DNA of 64,000 nt from an uncultured Spirochaetota bacterium (GTDB lineage Bacteria; Spirochaetota; Brevinematia; Brevinematales; JAOACQ01). A model generated the notes under the pieces. It did no database searches and was not told the origin of the DNA. It saw only the letters and a program-made list of their open reading frames with translations. The translations under genes were made by a program, and so were the position numbers. Positions within the stretch are counted from its first letter, which is position 1; each line of letters begins with the position of its first letter. The DNA is taken from NCBI GenBank assembly GCA_963835575.1, contig CAWIGG010000002.1:1920001-1984000 (forward strand), read 5' to 3'. This document shows, one piece after another, positions 1 to 11,079 of this stretch.

Positions 1-135
1 TTCGACAAATATTCCCCGAAAGAGCACAGGGAATTTTTAAAATCCATCGGCTTTTCAGAAAAGGAAATCCGGAATATCATCGATTGGGTCTCCTATAAAG
101 ATGTAAATGTTCTGTTAAACGATTTGAAAGATTGA
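1..135 (+). CDS. 3' end of a gene running in from the left; probable MerR-family regulator C-terminus
   Basis: Frame 1 reads FDKYSPKEHREFLKSIGFSEKEIRNIIDW...KD-stop, resembling the P-x-x-H-x-E-F-L-x-S-(L/I)-G tail of one MerR subfamily. Partial gene. Confidence 0.5.
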   Translation, partial: FDKYSPKEHREFLKSIGFSEKEIRNIIDWVSYKDVNVLLNDLKD

Positions 136-153
136 TTTTCAGAGGGGGCGGAC

Positions 154-732
154 ATGAAAAAAATTCTCGGGATTTCCGGCAGCCCAAATGCCGGAGGCAA
201 TACGTCTTATTCCGTTCAATACGCCCTCAATGTCCTGAAAGAGGAACGCTTTGAAACAAAATACATATCCCTGTCCGGAAGGAAGATCAATCCATGCACC
301 GGATGCTGGGAATGCTCGAAAACCGGGAAATGCGTCTTTCAAGATGATATGGAAGAAATCTGCGAAGCCATGCTCTGGTGCGGCGGGCTTATCATCGGCT
401 CGCCGGTTTATTTCGGCCTCCTGTCCGGACAGCTTAAGGTGATGATGGACCGCTGCGCGGTTTTACGGCCCGATTACGGCAATATACTGCCGATGGCCGG
501 AAAAACCGGCGCCGCTATCGCCTGCGCCAACTCCCGCAGCGGAGGGCAGGAAACAACGCTTCAGAACATTCAGACCTTTCTGCTCCAGATGAATATGCGC
601 GTCGTGAGCGACGGCCCGAAATACTGCCATTCAGGCGGGACAATTATGGGAACGGCGAAAGACGATGCCTGGGGCCTGGAAACAGTAAGAGGGACCGCTT
701 TAAACGTGGGGAAAATGCTGACATCAAAATAG
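154..732 (+). CDS. Flavodoxin-like iron-sulfur flavoprotein / NADPH-dependent FMN reductase family
   Basis: GSPNAGGNT FMN loop, CxxCxxCx5C cluster motif, GSPVYFG, SGGQETTL. Confidence 0.9.
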   Translation: MKKILGISGSPNAGGNTSYSVQYALNVLKEERFETKYISLSGRKINPCTGCWECSKTGKCVFQDDMEEICEAMLWCGGLIIGSPVYFGLLSGQLKVMMDRCAVLRPDYGNILPMAGKTGAAIACANSRSGGQETTLQNIQTFLLQMNMRVVSDGPKYCHSGGTIMGTAKDDAWGLETVRGTALNVGKMLTSK

Positions 733-779
733 AAATAAGCAACGCGGAAACAAAGAAATTAAAAAAAACTGCATTTATC

Positions 780-839
780 GGGCAGTTCCAAAAACTGTTG
801 TGGAAATATTTGATAAATTTTTAGTTTTTGGAACTGCCC
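780..839. mobile_element. 60-bp MITE (family A)
   Basis: TIR GGGCAGTTCCAAAAAC...GTTTTTGGAACTGCCC flanked by direct repeat TATC/TATC; further copies occur in the window. Confidence 0.85.
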
Positions 840-935
840 TATCTTTATTTACAAAATATTATTATTTGACTTAACGGCCCTGATTTCATATATTTCAATT
901 ATCACTTTTCATCTTTATGAATCAGGAGGCATCGT

Positions 936-1715
936 ATGGATTCAAAAGTTGTTGTCATTACCGGCGCTTCCGGGGGTATCGGCGCCGCTATCGCAAAAAA
1001 ACTCGGTTCGGAGAAATACAATCTAGTCCTTGCCGCACGCAGGCTGAAAGAACTGCAGAATGTCGCGGAACAAAGCGGGACAAAAGCGCTTTCAGTCGTT
1101 ACGGATGTCACTGTCCGTAAGGATATGGAAAGGCTCCGCGATGTCGCTCTCAAAGAATTCGGAAAAATCGATGTCTGGATCAATAACGCGGGAAGAGGGG
1201 TCGGAAAGAAAGTCCTGGAATTGACAGACTTGGATTTTGACGAGATCATCAACAGCAACCTCAAGTCCGTCTTTTACGGCATCCAGACGGTCATCCCCTA
1301 TTTCCAGAAGACGGGCTCCGGCCATCTGATCAACATTTCCTCCTTCCTGGGCAGGGTGCCGCTTGTTTCATTCCGGTCCATATACAGCGCCGCGAAGAGC
1401 GCTGTCAATTCACTTACAGCCAACCTGCGTATGGACATGAAAAAGGAATATCCGGGCATAAAAGTATCGCTTGTCATGCCGGGGACAGTCCTGACCGATT
1501 TTCCGAAGAACGCTCTCGGGGGGACACCCCAGACATCTTTTTCAGGCAGTTCCCCAATGAAGCCGCAGACGGCTGAGGAAGTGGCCGGGCTGATCGCCGA
1601 ACTGATCAGGAACCCGAAGCCGGAGCTTTATACAAACCCGGCCAATCCCGGGATGTTGAACCGGTATTACAGCGACGTCGGGGCTTTTGAAGATGATATG
1701 TTCAAACCTAAATGA
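936..1715 (+). CDS. SDR family NAD(P)-dependent oxidoreductase
   Basis: TGASGGIG, NNAG and YxxxK (YSAAK) motifs; GGAGG RBS. Confidence 0.95.
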   Translation: MDSKVVVITGASGGIGAAIAKKLGSEKYNLVLAARRLKELQNVAEQSGTKALSVVTDVTVRKDMERLRDVALKEFGKIDVWINNAGRGVGKKVLELTDLDFDEIINSNLKSVFYGIQTVIPYFQKTGSGHLINISSFLGRVPLVSFRSIYSAAKSAVNSLTANLRMDMKKEYPGIKVSLVMPGTVLTDFPKNALGGTPQTSFSGSSPMKPQTAEEVAGLIAELIRNPKPELYTNPANPGMLNRYYSDVGAFEDDMFKPK

Positions 1716-1911
1716 TTGAAAGAATTCAGCGGAAAAGAAGCGCTTCTTTTTCAGACCTTCTGTAAGAAAACCCCCTTTTCAACACCAGGTCCTTGACTCT
1801 TAACGCATGGACTGCCGTCTTTCCCGGCGGGTTCTTCCTGATACGGAAATCCCGTTAACACTTCCTGGAATTTCTAAACCTGACGTTTACGAAACTTTCA
1901 TCACGGATTAT

Positions 1912-4233
1912 TTACCACTTCATCCAAACGCCCAGACTTGGATAAATCCCGATCGGGCTGATTTGTTCCCTTTTTTGTGAATAATCACTATTATAAGAAA
2001 CTGCCTGGACCGGCCGGTAATTATAAACATTGTTGACCTGCAGGTAAGCCCCGAACGGCAGATCAAAGAGTGTTCCGAAATATTCCATTTTTAAATTCAG
2101 TGAGTGAACGTCGGGAAGCCTTGCCGAATTGTAATCGCCCCAGACCGGAATATAATTGGTATATGTTCCAACTATGCTCTGCTGGACCGATTTAAGAGGC
2201 GTGTACTGGCTTCCGGCCTGCCATTGGAATTCGGAGGTGAGCGACCAGTTCTTATTGATGTCCCATATTCCTGTCATATCGAGTTTATAGGGCAGAGATC
2301 CCGGATCGAACCATTTGCCCTGAGGCGGCTGCGCGGAGGATGGGGATGAACCCCCGAAAAAACCGTCCGAATTATAGGAAGTATTGGGGTCTATCCCTTC
2401 CGTCCTGTATCCGTTAATAAAATAACAGCTGATGCTGACCCAGCCATAGAGCGGTATGCTGTCCGGCTTTTTACTCAATAGAAAATCAACGCCGTAGATC
2501 TGCCGCTGTTCGCCTGAAGTATGCAGCAGATACTCTGAATTGGATTCAAGGGAAAGGTAGTGATCATAAACTTTATCGTAAAACTCCAGGCTCGCGTCAT
2601 AGGTTTTCTGGAATCCCAGCTGGATCCCCAGAACATAATGCCAGCATGCGGGAATATCAAGGTTCGCGTTTGTGTCCATATTCCGGAGACTCCAGGCGTC
2701 TGTCGGGAATTCGGACAGGTAGCCTGCGGACGCATATATTTTATTATCAGGCGTAAAGCGGTAACCGGCGGTCAGGCGGGGGTCCAATGACGTTTTTTTG
2801 ATCAAGTCCACATAATTGAAACGCAGACCATCCTGGAAATAAATATGATCTTCGAAAAGGGATGTCTCATTTTCCAGAAAGAAAGAATAAACGCCCAGCC
2901 GGCCGTTAAAAGTATTATTGTTTAAAGTAATCCATTCAGGCGCTCCTGACGTGTTTGTTTTCAAATAGGACGCATAGTTCGTATACAATGCGTCCGGATA
3001 ATAGATAATTTCACTTCCTATATTGAAAGACAGGGATTCCATGGGCGCATAACCAGCGAGGATTTTATAGCGGATGTTCTGTTCTTCATCTTTCCTCACA
3101 ATATTATTGAGTGTGCCGTTATTTTCCTGGTCCTGAAATGCCCAGAGAGTACCGATGGATTGATCAATAAACCATTCCTTATCAAAGCGGTGTTTCCAAT
3201 CCAGGTTAATCATCCCATCGATATAATTCATCAGGCCGGAATTCGTTACCTGGGAATTCCGGCCGAAAGAAATGTTCGAATAAGAAGTCGGTTCCATTGA
3301 GAAGAGCCAGACAAAAGAGACGGAGTCATCCCCGTCTTTATACCGGACCCGGCCATGGGAATCCAGGTAATAGGGAAAATTTATGTTTGTTGTAAACCCT
3401 GTGTTCTGGATAAAAAGCGGAAGGACCAGGTCATAATAAGTGCGCCGGATACCGCCGACATAATTCCACTTCTGGTCTTCTGTCGCGCCGGAAACAGACA
3501 CAGAACTATTGAGCAGACCGATATCCACTTTTCCATGAAAACCCGGCTTGCCCTCGATTGAATTAACTTCCAGGAGTGAAGACATTGCCTGTCCATAGCG
3601 CGCCGGTATCACACCCTTATAGAGAACAATTGAATCAACAATGTCGTCGATGAATACCGAATCCGGAAGAAAATGATGGTAGGGATACATTACCATGGCC
3701 TCATCCATCATCGCCAGATTTTCATTTCCTGCCCCGCCGCGGACAGACAGTCTGGAATTGCCCTGATTTCCGCCAAAGCCGAGGTCCGCGACCCCCGGCA
3801 TAAGGGTCATAGAATGAAGCGGGTCCCCTGTGATAGACGCGGGAGCTTTCTCCCGGAGCCCTTTATTAATGACATTTTTTGAAGCCGTATCTTTCAGTCT
3901 CTCTCCGACAACATCCACTTCTCCAAGGGAAAGGGCGCTTTGAGGCACCAGATAGAAATTCAGGGTTTTATCTGATTTCACGGTAATTGTTCTTGATTCA
4001 GTATAAAAACCGCCGGATCTTGCTTCTACCGTGTAGTCCCCGGCCGCGGCATCGATCGTATAAGCCCCATTATCTTCGGCCTGTGTTAAACTCACCACAT
4101 TAGTACCGGATTTCAGCAGCACCGCAGCCGCGGAAATACCTTCACGCGTGTCTGAACGGAAAACTCTTCCTTTAATCTGAAAAGAAAAAGCCAGCGCCGG
4201 CGTAATCATAAAGAGTAATAAGATGATCCGCAT
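1912..4233 (-). CDS. TonB-dependent outer-membrane receptor with N-terminal carboxypeptidase-regulatory-like domain
   Basis: Signal peptide, plug motifs (PGV...SVRGG...EN; YKGVIPARYG), DPRL barrel motif, terminal aromatic residue. Start moved to MRIILL, which has a GGAGG RBS. Confidence 0.85.
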   Translation of the reverse strand: MRIILLLFMITPALAFSFQIKGRVFRSDTREGISAAAVLLKSGTNVVSLTQAEDNGAYTIDAAAGDYTVEARSGGFYTESRTITVKSDKTLNFYLVPQSALSLGEVDVVGERLKDTASKNVINKGLREKAPASITGDPLHSMTLMPGVADLGFGGNQGNSRLSVRGGAGNENLAMMDEAMVMYPYHHFLPDSVFIDDIVDSIVLYKGVIPARYGQAMSSLLEVNSIEGKPGFHGKVDIGLLNSSVSVSGATEDQKWNYVGGIRRTYYDLVLPLFIQNTGFTTNINFPYYLDSHGRVRYKDGDDSVSFVWLFSMEPTSYSNISFGRNSQVTNSGLMNYIDGMINLDWKHRFDKEWFIDQSIGTLWAFQDQENNGTLNNIVRKDEEQNIRYKILAGYAPMESLSFNIGSEIIYYPDALYTNYASYLKTNTSGAPEWITLNNNTFNGRLGVYSFFLENETSLFEDHIYFQDGLRFNYVDLIKKTSLDPRLTAGYRFTPDNKIYASAGYLSEFPTDAWSLRNMDTNANLDIPACWHYVLGIQLGFQKTYDASLEFYDKVYDHYLSLESNSEYLLHTSGEQRQIYGVDFLLSKKPDSIPLYGWVSISCYFINGYRTEGIDPNTSYNSDGFFGGSSPSSAQPPQGKWFDPGSLPYKLDMTGIWDINKNWSLTSEFQWQAGSQYTPLKSVQQSIVGTYTNYIPVWGDYNSARLPDVHSLNLKMEYFGTLFDLPFGAYLQVNNVYNYRPVQAVSYNSDYSQKREQISPIGIYPSLGVWMKW

Positions 4234-4298
4234 AGCAAAACCTCCAGATTTAACAAACAAAACTTGCGTCAAAAATTATTGCCTCAGTTCCCGGAAAT

Positions 4299-4898
4299 TC
4301 ATTCCAGATGGAATTTTATTGTCAACTGCATTCTGACCGGTTTAAAATTTCCGCCGATTCGCGCCGGCCGGAATTTTGCCGCCAGAACGGCTTTTTTTGC
4401 CGATTCGGACAGCATAGGGTTCGGCGATTTGATGATTTCAACGTTCCTAACATTGCCGTTTGCGTCAATATAGACCATCAAGATGATCCGGCCTTCAATT
4501 TCCTGCCGCCGCGCTTCTTCCGGATAAACCGGATCAATCGGGGTTATGGCTGACGGAATTTCATCGGCCATATAGGAAGGAACGTAGTTGGTGCTGCCGC
4601 TGTCGCCTGTTTCTATTCCGGCATCTTCCCGGGCCATCTGCGGCTGTTTATTCGTTTCTATGACCGGCTTCTTTTTGGACCGATCGGCTTCATCCATAAA
4701 TTGAAACGGAGATTCCGGATTCTTCGGACGGGGCAATGACTGTATTTCAACAGCGTTAACATCTATGTAGTTAAGTTTTGCATAAAGCGACAGCGCATAA
4801 ACTGCGCCTGCCAGGATGTGCAGACCCAGAGAAATCAGCAGGTATTTTTTTAACCGCATAACCGCTTCTTCTTTATTGAGAGATTTTTTTCCCTTCAT
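4299..4898 (-). CDS. tonB: Energy transducer TonB
   Basis: N-terminal TM helix with S-xxx-H; C-terminal PVYPEEARRQEIEGRI...FRPA domain. Confidence 0.9.
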   Translation of the reverse strand: MKGKKSLNKEEAVMRLKKYLLISLGLHILAGAVYALSLYAKLNYIDVNAVEIQSLPRPKNPESPFQFMDEADRSKKKPVIETNKQPQMAREDAGIETGDSGSTNYVPSYMADEIPSAITPIDPVYPEEARRQEIEGRIILMVYIDANGNVRNVEIIKSPNPMLSESAKKAVLAAKFRPARIGGNFKPVRMQLTIKFHLE

Positions 4899-4949
4899 AC
4901 AGTCTCCTGCTGACTGCGCTGTTACAATGATTGGAGCTCCCGTTACTGA

Positions 4950-5315
4950 TTAAGAAGATGATAACTTCATTGTATCAGTTCCCGGCATGGTCCGTTTTAC
5001 ACCGATTTCTCTCACTGCATTCCCGGAAATGCCGCAGTGAAGCAATGAACCCATAAAAAACACTATTCCAAAAAGAAATATGGATTTTCTTCCGAAAATG
5101 TCCGAGAGTTTCCCAAACAGGATGATGCCCGCGGTTGAAAAGAGCGTATACGCGGTGAAAGGCCGGCTGTAGTGCTCCATTCCTTTTAAATCCCTGATGA
5201 TACGCGGCATCGCCGTACCGGCGATCGTGTTGTCCAGGGCTGCCAATAAAAGGCTGATCATCAGGCTTATCATAATGAAAATAATATTCCTTCTTGACAG
5301 CCGGCCTGGATGCAT
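4950..5315 (-). pseudogene. Truncated MFS drug/H+ antiporter (EmrB/QacA, DHA2 type)
   Basis: First ~98 aa carry LAALDNTIAGTAMPRI and GKLSDIFGRK. The ORF ends at 121 aa; family members are ~500 aa. Confidence 0.8.
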
Positions 5316-5568
5316 TTTTAACTCCTCATAATAATTAAATTTAATAATAATATTGAATAATAGTCAAAACTGAAAAATAAAAATTTGATTTATGAATTTA
5401 CCAGGCTGGAAGTCATGAGTTTCCACAACCGGTACAACCATCACCCTTCAATTAAATCAACAATAAAATAACAGCACTCCCCCTTTTTGTCAAAACATGT
5501 CAGGAATGAATGTGTCAGGAAAGAACTCGTAAATATTTCCTTATTTTGACCGCTTTCGTATAAATTAA

Positions 5569-5772
5569 GGGCAGTTCTAAAAACTCAAATATTTAGAACT
5601 GCCGCTATTATATGAGTTCATGCTACCGCCCGAGTTCGCTGTCTGAAAAGATCATCAACCAGCGAACTCTATACGGTAGCGCCAATTAAATTTACAAGAG
5701 ATTCTATAACCGGGGCAGTTCCAAAACCTATGTTGGAAATATCTGATTGATTTTGAGTTTTTGGAACTGCCC
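5569..5772. mobile_element. Composite ~204-bp MITE (family A ends, three hairpins)
   Basis: Begins GGGCAGTTCT and ends GGAACTGCCC, flanked by TTAA/TTAA; first ~145 bp nearly identical to the copies at 17799 and 33569. Confidence 0.9.
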
Positions 5773-6190
5773 TTAAATTATTTCACCAGAAAATTAAATA
5801 TTATTAATTTGACATACTTTTATTATTCAATAAATAATTTATGCAATTGTTAATAAAATATAAGGGGGGAGTAATGAAAAAAAGATGCATGTTTCGGTTG
5901 TCCATTTTTTCCCTCGGATTGATAATTCTGCCGTAAAATAACCGGCAATTAAAGCCGGAATTATCATAAGAAGCCGAAAATTTGGGATTATTTAATAAAT
6001 ATGCTATATTAATTCGAAATTTTCAGGAATTATTGTGTTTCTTAATAAAGCATTTTGGAAAATTCAGGTATTATTTTTTTTAATGAAAATACCGGGAAAA
6101 TCATCCGGGGCTTAAAAAACAGGAGAATCAAGCCGGGCAATCCGGTATGAGAGGATGGGAAAATCCGTTAAATTGAAACGGGGTTAATCA

Positions 6191-7753
6191 ATGAAAAATG
6201 ATTTGTTGAAGCCTGAAAACGATGAGCTGGTTTTTAAGGAAGAAGGCCCGGCGGTAAATGAATCTGAACAAAAAAACAGCTGGAAGATACTCATTGCCGA
6301 CGATGATCATGAAATCCATAATATAACAAAAATCGCCCTGTCCGATGTCAAATTCAACGGGATGAACGTAGAATTACTGCACGCCTTTTCCGGAAAAGAG
6401 GCAATGGAAATCATCAATCAGTCCCCCGGCATATCCATCATCCTGCTGGATATCGTTATGGAAGAGGACGATTCGGGATTGAAATTGATCAATTACATAC
6501 GAAATACATTGAAAAATAATTTTGTCAGGATCGTCATCAGGACCGGCCAGCCCGGCCAGGCGCCCGAAAGAAAAGTGATCATGGATTACGACATAAACGA
6601 CTATAAGGAAAAAACGGAATTAACAAGCCAGAAACTTTTTTCCACAATCATAGCGTCTCTCCGGTCTTATGACAATATCATAACCATTGAGAACCACCGT
6701 AAATCGCTGGAGAAGCTGATCGATATGTCAAACAGGCTGTTTTTTTACCGGAAAATCGAGGAATTCACGAATGATATTCTCCATCTGCTGATTGAAATAT
6801 TCACGGCCGCAAACCCGGGTTTCAATAAGGATACCAATTGCTTTATGTCGGTTAATTACGGCGACGGCTTTGTCATGCAGAGCGGCACAGGAATATATGA
6901 TCAGAAAGCCGGCGAGCCTCTCATGAAGTTAATCCCCGGTGATATAAAAAAATTGATTGACGAAGTCAGTGTGAAAAGCCAGAAGTTTTATCAGGGAAAA
7001 GGATGCCTTTTAAATTATTTTAAAAGCAAAACAGGCTACGCATATTTAATATATATGGACCATCCGGATAAATTCAACGAAAGCCATTTATCATTATTCC
7101 AATTGGTATTCAACACAGTTTCTTCCGCTTTTGATAATATATGCCTGAATAACGATATCATCAACACACAGTCCGAGCTTTTGATAACACTGGGCGAAGT
7201 TATTGAAACACGCTCGGAAGAAACAGGACATCATGTCAGAAAGGTCGCCGAATACTCAAAACTGCTGGCCCTGAAATACGGCCTGGGTGAAGATAAAGCC
7301 GAACTGATACGGCAGGCATCCCCGATGCATGATATCGGAAAGGTCGGCGTTTTTGATGAAATCTTGAACAAGCCGGGAAAATACACAACCGAAGAATTTG
7401 AGGAAATGAAAAGACATACCCTGTTCGGATATGATATTTTCAAGAATTCAAATAAGGAAATCTTCAAAGCGGCCAGTATCATCGCGCTGGAACATCATGA
7501 AAAATATGACGGCACGGGATATCCGATGGGGCTTAAAGAAGAAGAAATACATATTTACGGAAGAATAACGAGCCTCGCCGATGTCTTTGACGCCCTCAAC
7601 AGCGTCAGACCATATAAAAAAGCATGGGAATTGGACCAAGTACTGGATTATATAAAAAATGAAAGCGGAAAATCCTTCGATCCCGGGCTGGTTGATATCT
7701 TTTTTGATAATCTCCAGGAATTTCTCATGATCAAAGACGGACAAAAAGAATGA
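6191..7753 (+). CDS. Response regulator: REC + DUF3369-like + HD-GYP c-di-GMP phosphodiesterase
   Basis: ILIADDD, LLDIVME, RTGQPGQAPE, HDIGK, HHEKYDGTGYP. Confidence 0.92.
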   Translation: MKNDLLKPENDELVFKEEGPAVNESEQKNSWKILIADDDHEIHNITKIALSDVKFNGMNVELLHAFSGKEAMEIINQSPGISIILLDIVMEEDDSGLKLINYIRNTLKNNFVRIVIRTGQPGQAPERKVIMDYDINDYKEKTELTSQKLFSTIIASLRSYDNIITIENHRKSLEKLIDMSNRLFFYRKIEEFTNDILHLLIEIFTAANPGFNKDTNCFMSVNYGDGFVMQSGTGIYDQKAGEPLMKLIPGDIKKLIDEVSVKSQKFYQGKGCLLNYFKSKTGYAYLIYMDHPDKFNESHLSLFQLVFNTVSSAFDNICLNNDIINTQSELLITLGEVIETRSEETGHHVRKVAEYSKLLALKYGLGEDKAELIRQASPMHDIGKVGVFDEILNKPGKYTTEEFEEMKRHTLFGYDIFKNSNKEIFKAASIIALEHHEKYDGTGYPMGLKEEEIHIYGRITSLADVFDALNSVRPYKKAWELDQVLDYIKNESGKSFDPGLVDIFFDNLQEFLMIKDGQKE

Positions 7754-10314
7754 AAGTGAAAAAATCAACTGATAAAAAGAAAATCCGTACAATAGGCCTT
7801 TTTATTGACTGGATAGACAGCCCGTTCCAGTTCCAGATGCTGGAGGGGATAGAAGAGGGCGCGAAACAATGCGGCTTTAATTTTTACTGTTTCGTCGGCG
7901 GAGCTATAAAGTCACCCAGCGCTTATGAGAAAGCGAGAAATTTCATTTATGACTACGCGACGGAAAGAATAATCGACGGTTTGGTGATCATGTCTACGCC
8001 GGTCGGAAATTATGTTTCCATAAGCGAGTTGAACCGGTTCCGCGCTCAGTACAAAAATATACCCGTTGTCAGCATTGCCCAGAAGCTCTCCAACACATAT
8101 ACCGTACGGATAGACAACACAACCGGCCTGAAACACCTGATCAATCATCTTATTATAGATCATGACTATAAAAACATCGCCGTCATCAAGGGACCGGAAA
8201 ATAATATGGAAGCGCTTGAAAGATTTAACGCCTGCAGGGACGCACTGAAAGAAAACGGCATTCCTCTCAACAAGGAATTAGCCGTTCCGGGTTTATTCAC
8301 CGAACAGTCCGGATATGACGCGGCGATGCTTTTACTCGCGAAAAAGAATATCAGGATTGAAGCGATCGTTGCGGTTAATGACGATATGGCATACGGCGCA
8401 ATAAAGGCCATTCAGGAAAGCAATCTTTCTGTACCCTACGATATCGCCGTTGTCGGTTTTGATGATCAGCTGCAGAGCAGGCATTTTTCCCCGTCCCTGA
8501 GTACGGTAAAAATGCCTATTTTCCAGCTGGGATTTAAAGCCGTCGGGATCCTGAACGATCTTTTTAATAATAAGCCCGTTGAAGAGATCATAACTCTTTC
8601 GACTGAGCCAATAATCAGGGAGTCCTGCGGATGCATTATCAGTTCCCAGCCGGAATTAGACAGCATAGGCGCCGCCCCTGTAATGAAAATCCGGGACAAA
8701 AAACATCCTGAGCGTCAAAAAATCTCCGATTTCCTCTATGAGGGCCTCCGGGAGCAGAATGCCGGTTTTTCGGATGACGAGATCCATCATTTTACCGGAT
8801 TGTTTATCTCCTCCGTTAGAGAGAAGAACCCCGGCAGCCTCATCAATTATTTTTCCATGCTGATGAATAAACGCAATATACCGGAAATTGAAATAGACCG
8901 CCTGTTCCAGTTTTTTCTCAATCAGAAAAACGGCATTCTTAATTTTTTTGAAAGTCAGGAGGAAAAAGCGGACGCGGATTATCATATTCAAATGATCTGC
9001 CGGTATATATTCATCTTTTTTAAAAAGAACCTGAATTACAACAAAATAAAGCTGGAAAGGGAAGTCATCCGCTTCAGGTACTTTGGGGGAGAACTGGTCG
9101 TCTGCTCCAATACTGAGCAAATGATCGATACGCTTCTGCGGGTGTTCCCCATGCTGAATATTAATACTTTTTATCTTTCCCTCTACGAAGAAGAGGAAAA
9201 AGAATCGGATGCCCACAATTCCAATCTGCAGATGATCCTGGCCTACAGGAATAAAAAGAGAATAAAAATCGACGGCCATGAGAGCTTCAATCCATTCAAA
9301 ACGCTTGTTCCGGATCAATATTCGGATAAAACAGAAAGGTGGTCGCTGATCATCGAACCGATATTTTTCGGCTCAACCCGGCTCGGGCTGGCAATTTTTG
9401 ATATGAAAATCAAAGGGTATATTTATAATATCCTGCGGAGAAGGGTCTTAAACGACGCCCTGAACAATGCCGTTTATGTGCAGAAGATCCTGAACCAGTC
9501 CCGGAACCTCGAAAAGGCAAATAATGACCTATCAACAACATTGGCCATATTGAGGGAAACCCAGGAAAAACTGATCCAGTCCGAAAAAATGTCGGCAATG
9601 GGCAATCTCGTGGCCGGCATCAGCCATGAAATTAACACCCCGATCGGGATAAGCGTAACGGCGGCTTCTCATCTGGATGAAATCACCAGGGATATCTCCG
9701 ATTTATATGCCATGAAAAACATGAAAAAATCGGATTTTGAAAAATACCTGAAAACGGCGCAGGAAATATCCGGCATGGTCCTGAACAATCTCAAGAGGGC
9801 CCATGAGCTGATTGGAAGCTTCAAGCAGGTCGCTGTTGACCAGTCCACTGAAGAGAGCCGTAAATTTGATGTGAAAGAATATATAGATCAGATATTATTA
9901 AGCCTTATGCCGGCTTTAAAAAAAACAGACCTTAATATTGAAGTAAAATGTCCGGATCATCTGGAGCTGGAGAGCTATCCGGGGGCGTTTTATCAGATCA
10001 TCACCAATTTTATCATGAATTCAGTCATTCATGGATACGACAAGGGACAGAAAGGAAACATTGTTATCGCTATATCAGTCGAAAACAATAATGCCCAGTT
10101 AAAATATTCGGATGACGGTAAAGGGATCAGTCCCGCCATAATCGATAAAATTTTCGATCCCTTTTTCACGACCAGGAGAGGACAGGGCGGCACCGGGCTC
10201 GGCCTGCATATTGTTTATAACATTATCAGTCAGAAACTGAACGGTTCTATAAAATGCACAAGTTCTATCGGCAAAGGAGCGGCTTTCACGGTTATTTTTC
10301 CTGTAAAACAATAA
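7750..10314 (+). CDS. Histidine kinase with N-terminal LacI/GalR-type ligand-binding domain
   Basis: IDN..G, NDDMA, VVGFDD, LSTV, IIRESCGC, followed by GISHEINTPIG H-box and DDGKG / FDPFFTT / GTGLGL. Confidence 0.9.
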   Translation: MKVKKSTDKKKIRTIGLFIDWIDSPFQFQMLEGIEEGAKQCGFNFYCFVGGAIKSPSAYEKARNFIYDYATERIIDGLVIMSTPVGNYVSISELNRFRAQYKNIPVVSIAQKLSNTYTVRIDNTTGLKHLINHLIIDHDYKNIAVIKGPENNMEALERFNACRDALKENGIPLNKELAVPGLFTEQSGYDAAMLLLAKKNIRIEAIVAVNDDMAYGAIKAIQESNLSVPYDIAVVGFDDQLQSRHFSPSLSTVKMPIFQLGFKAVGILNDLFNNKPVEEIITLSTEPIIRESCGCIISSQPELDSIGAAPVMKIRDKKHPERQKISDFLYEGLREQNAGFSDDEIHHFTGLFISSVREKNPGSLINYFSMLMNKRNIPEIEIDRLFQFFLNQKNGILNFFESQEEKADADYHIQMICRYIFIFFKKNLNYNKIKLEREVIRFRYFGGELVVCSNTEQMIDTLLRVFPMLNINTFYLSLYEEEEKESDAHNSNLQMILAYRNKKRIKIDGHESFNPFKTLVPDQYSDKTERWSLIIEPIFFGSTRLGLAIFDMKIKGYIYNILRRRVLNDALNNAVYVQKILNQSRNLEKANNDLSTTLAILRETQEKLIQSEKMSAMGNLVAGISHEINTPIGISVTAASHLDEITRDISDLYAMKNMKKSDFEKYLKTAQEISGMVLNNLKRAHELIGSFKQVAVDQSTEESRKFDVKEYIDQILLSLMPALKKTDLNIEVKCPDHLELESYPGAFYQIITNFIMNSVIHGYDKGQKGNIVIAISVENNNAQLKYSDDGKGISPAIIDKIFDPFFTTRRGQGGTGLGLHIVYNIISQKLNGSIKCTSSIGKGAAFTVIFPVKQ

Positions 10315-10584
10315 TTCTGATCGCATTAATCAGGCCGCGGCGGCTGCCGGTATCAGGTCTGCTGATTCCCCCGGCTTTCCTTCACGTATCCTTCCTGCAT
10401 ATCTTCAATAATTCTTTTCAAAGGTATAAATGATGAAGTAATTCACCTCAGTTTCCAACAGTTCGGCATATTGTTTTTCAGTATGAAATCTGTTAACAAC
10501 CGCCGCCATGTTTGACAAATCAGGCAGAAATTGATTATACTTTTTTATATCAATCAATGTCATTCCATCATATAAGGAGAAAAA

Positions 10585-11079
10585 ATGCCCCGGTTAAAAC
10601 CGAAAAGCCCGAAGGAAAGCGCCATCGAAACGAGATATATCCTGATGCCCCAGGACGCGAACCAGCTGGGGACCGCCTTCGGCGGCGCCATTATGTCATG
10701 GATCGATCTGACCGCCAGCATGGTCGCGGCGCGCCACTGCGGAACGATTGTCGTCACGGCCGAAATTGACAGCCTGACTTTTCATGCCCCCGTCTATATC
10801 GGCGAGCAGGTCGTTCTTAAAGCCAGCGTCAACTACGTCGGCCGCACATCGATGGAAATCGGCGTTCAGGTCACAAAGGAAAACCCGAAAACCGGCGAAA
10901 GGGTCAAAACGACAAGCGCTTATCTCACATTCGTCGCCCTCGGAAAAAATAAAAAGCCCGTGGAAGTCCCCCCTCTTATTCTCGAAACAAGCGAGGAAAA
11001 GCGGCGCTATGAAAACGCGAAGATCCGCGTGCAGGCCCGGAAGGAACTGATGGCGAAGATGAAGAAGAGGAAAGGGTAA
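10585..11079 (+). CDS. Acyl-CoA thioesterase (hotdog fold, YciA-like)
   Basis: PQDANQLGTAFGGAIMSWID, VGRTSMEIGV; AAGGAG RBS. Confidence 0.93.
   Translation: MPRLKPKSPKESAIETRYILMPQDANQLGTAFGGAIMSWIDLTASMVAARHCGTIVVTAEIDSLTFHAPVYIGEQVVLKASVNYVGRTSMEIGVQVTKENPKTGERVKTTSAYLTFVALGKNKKPVEVPPLILETSEEKRRYENAKIRVQARKELMAKMKKRKG

Noticed and set aside
10327..10509. Minus-strand reading MAAVVNRFHTEKQYAELLETEVNYFIIYTFEKNY-stop-RYAGRIREG...
   Set aside because: It may be a gene relic, but it has an internal stop, no clear RBS and no recognisable family.
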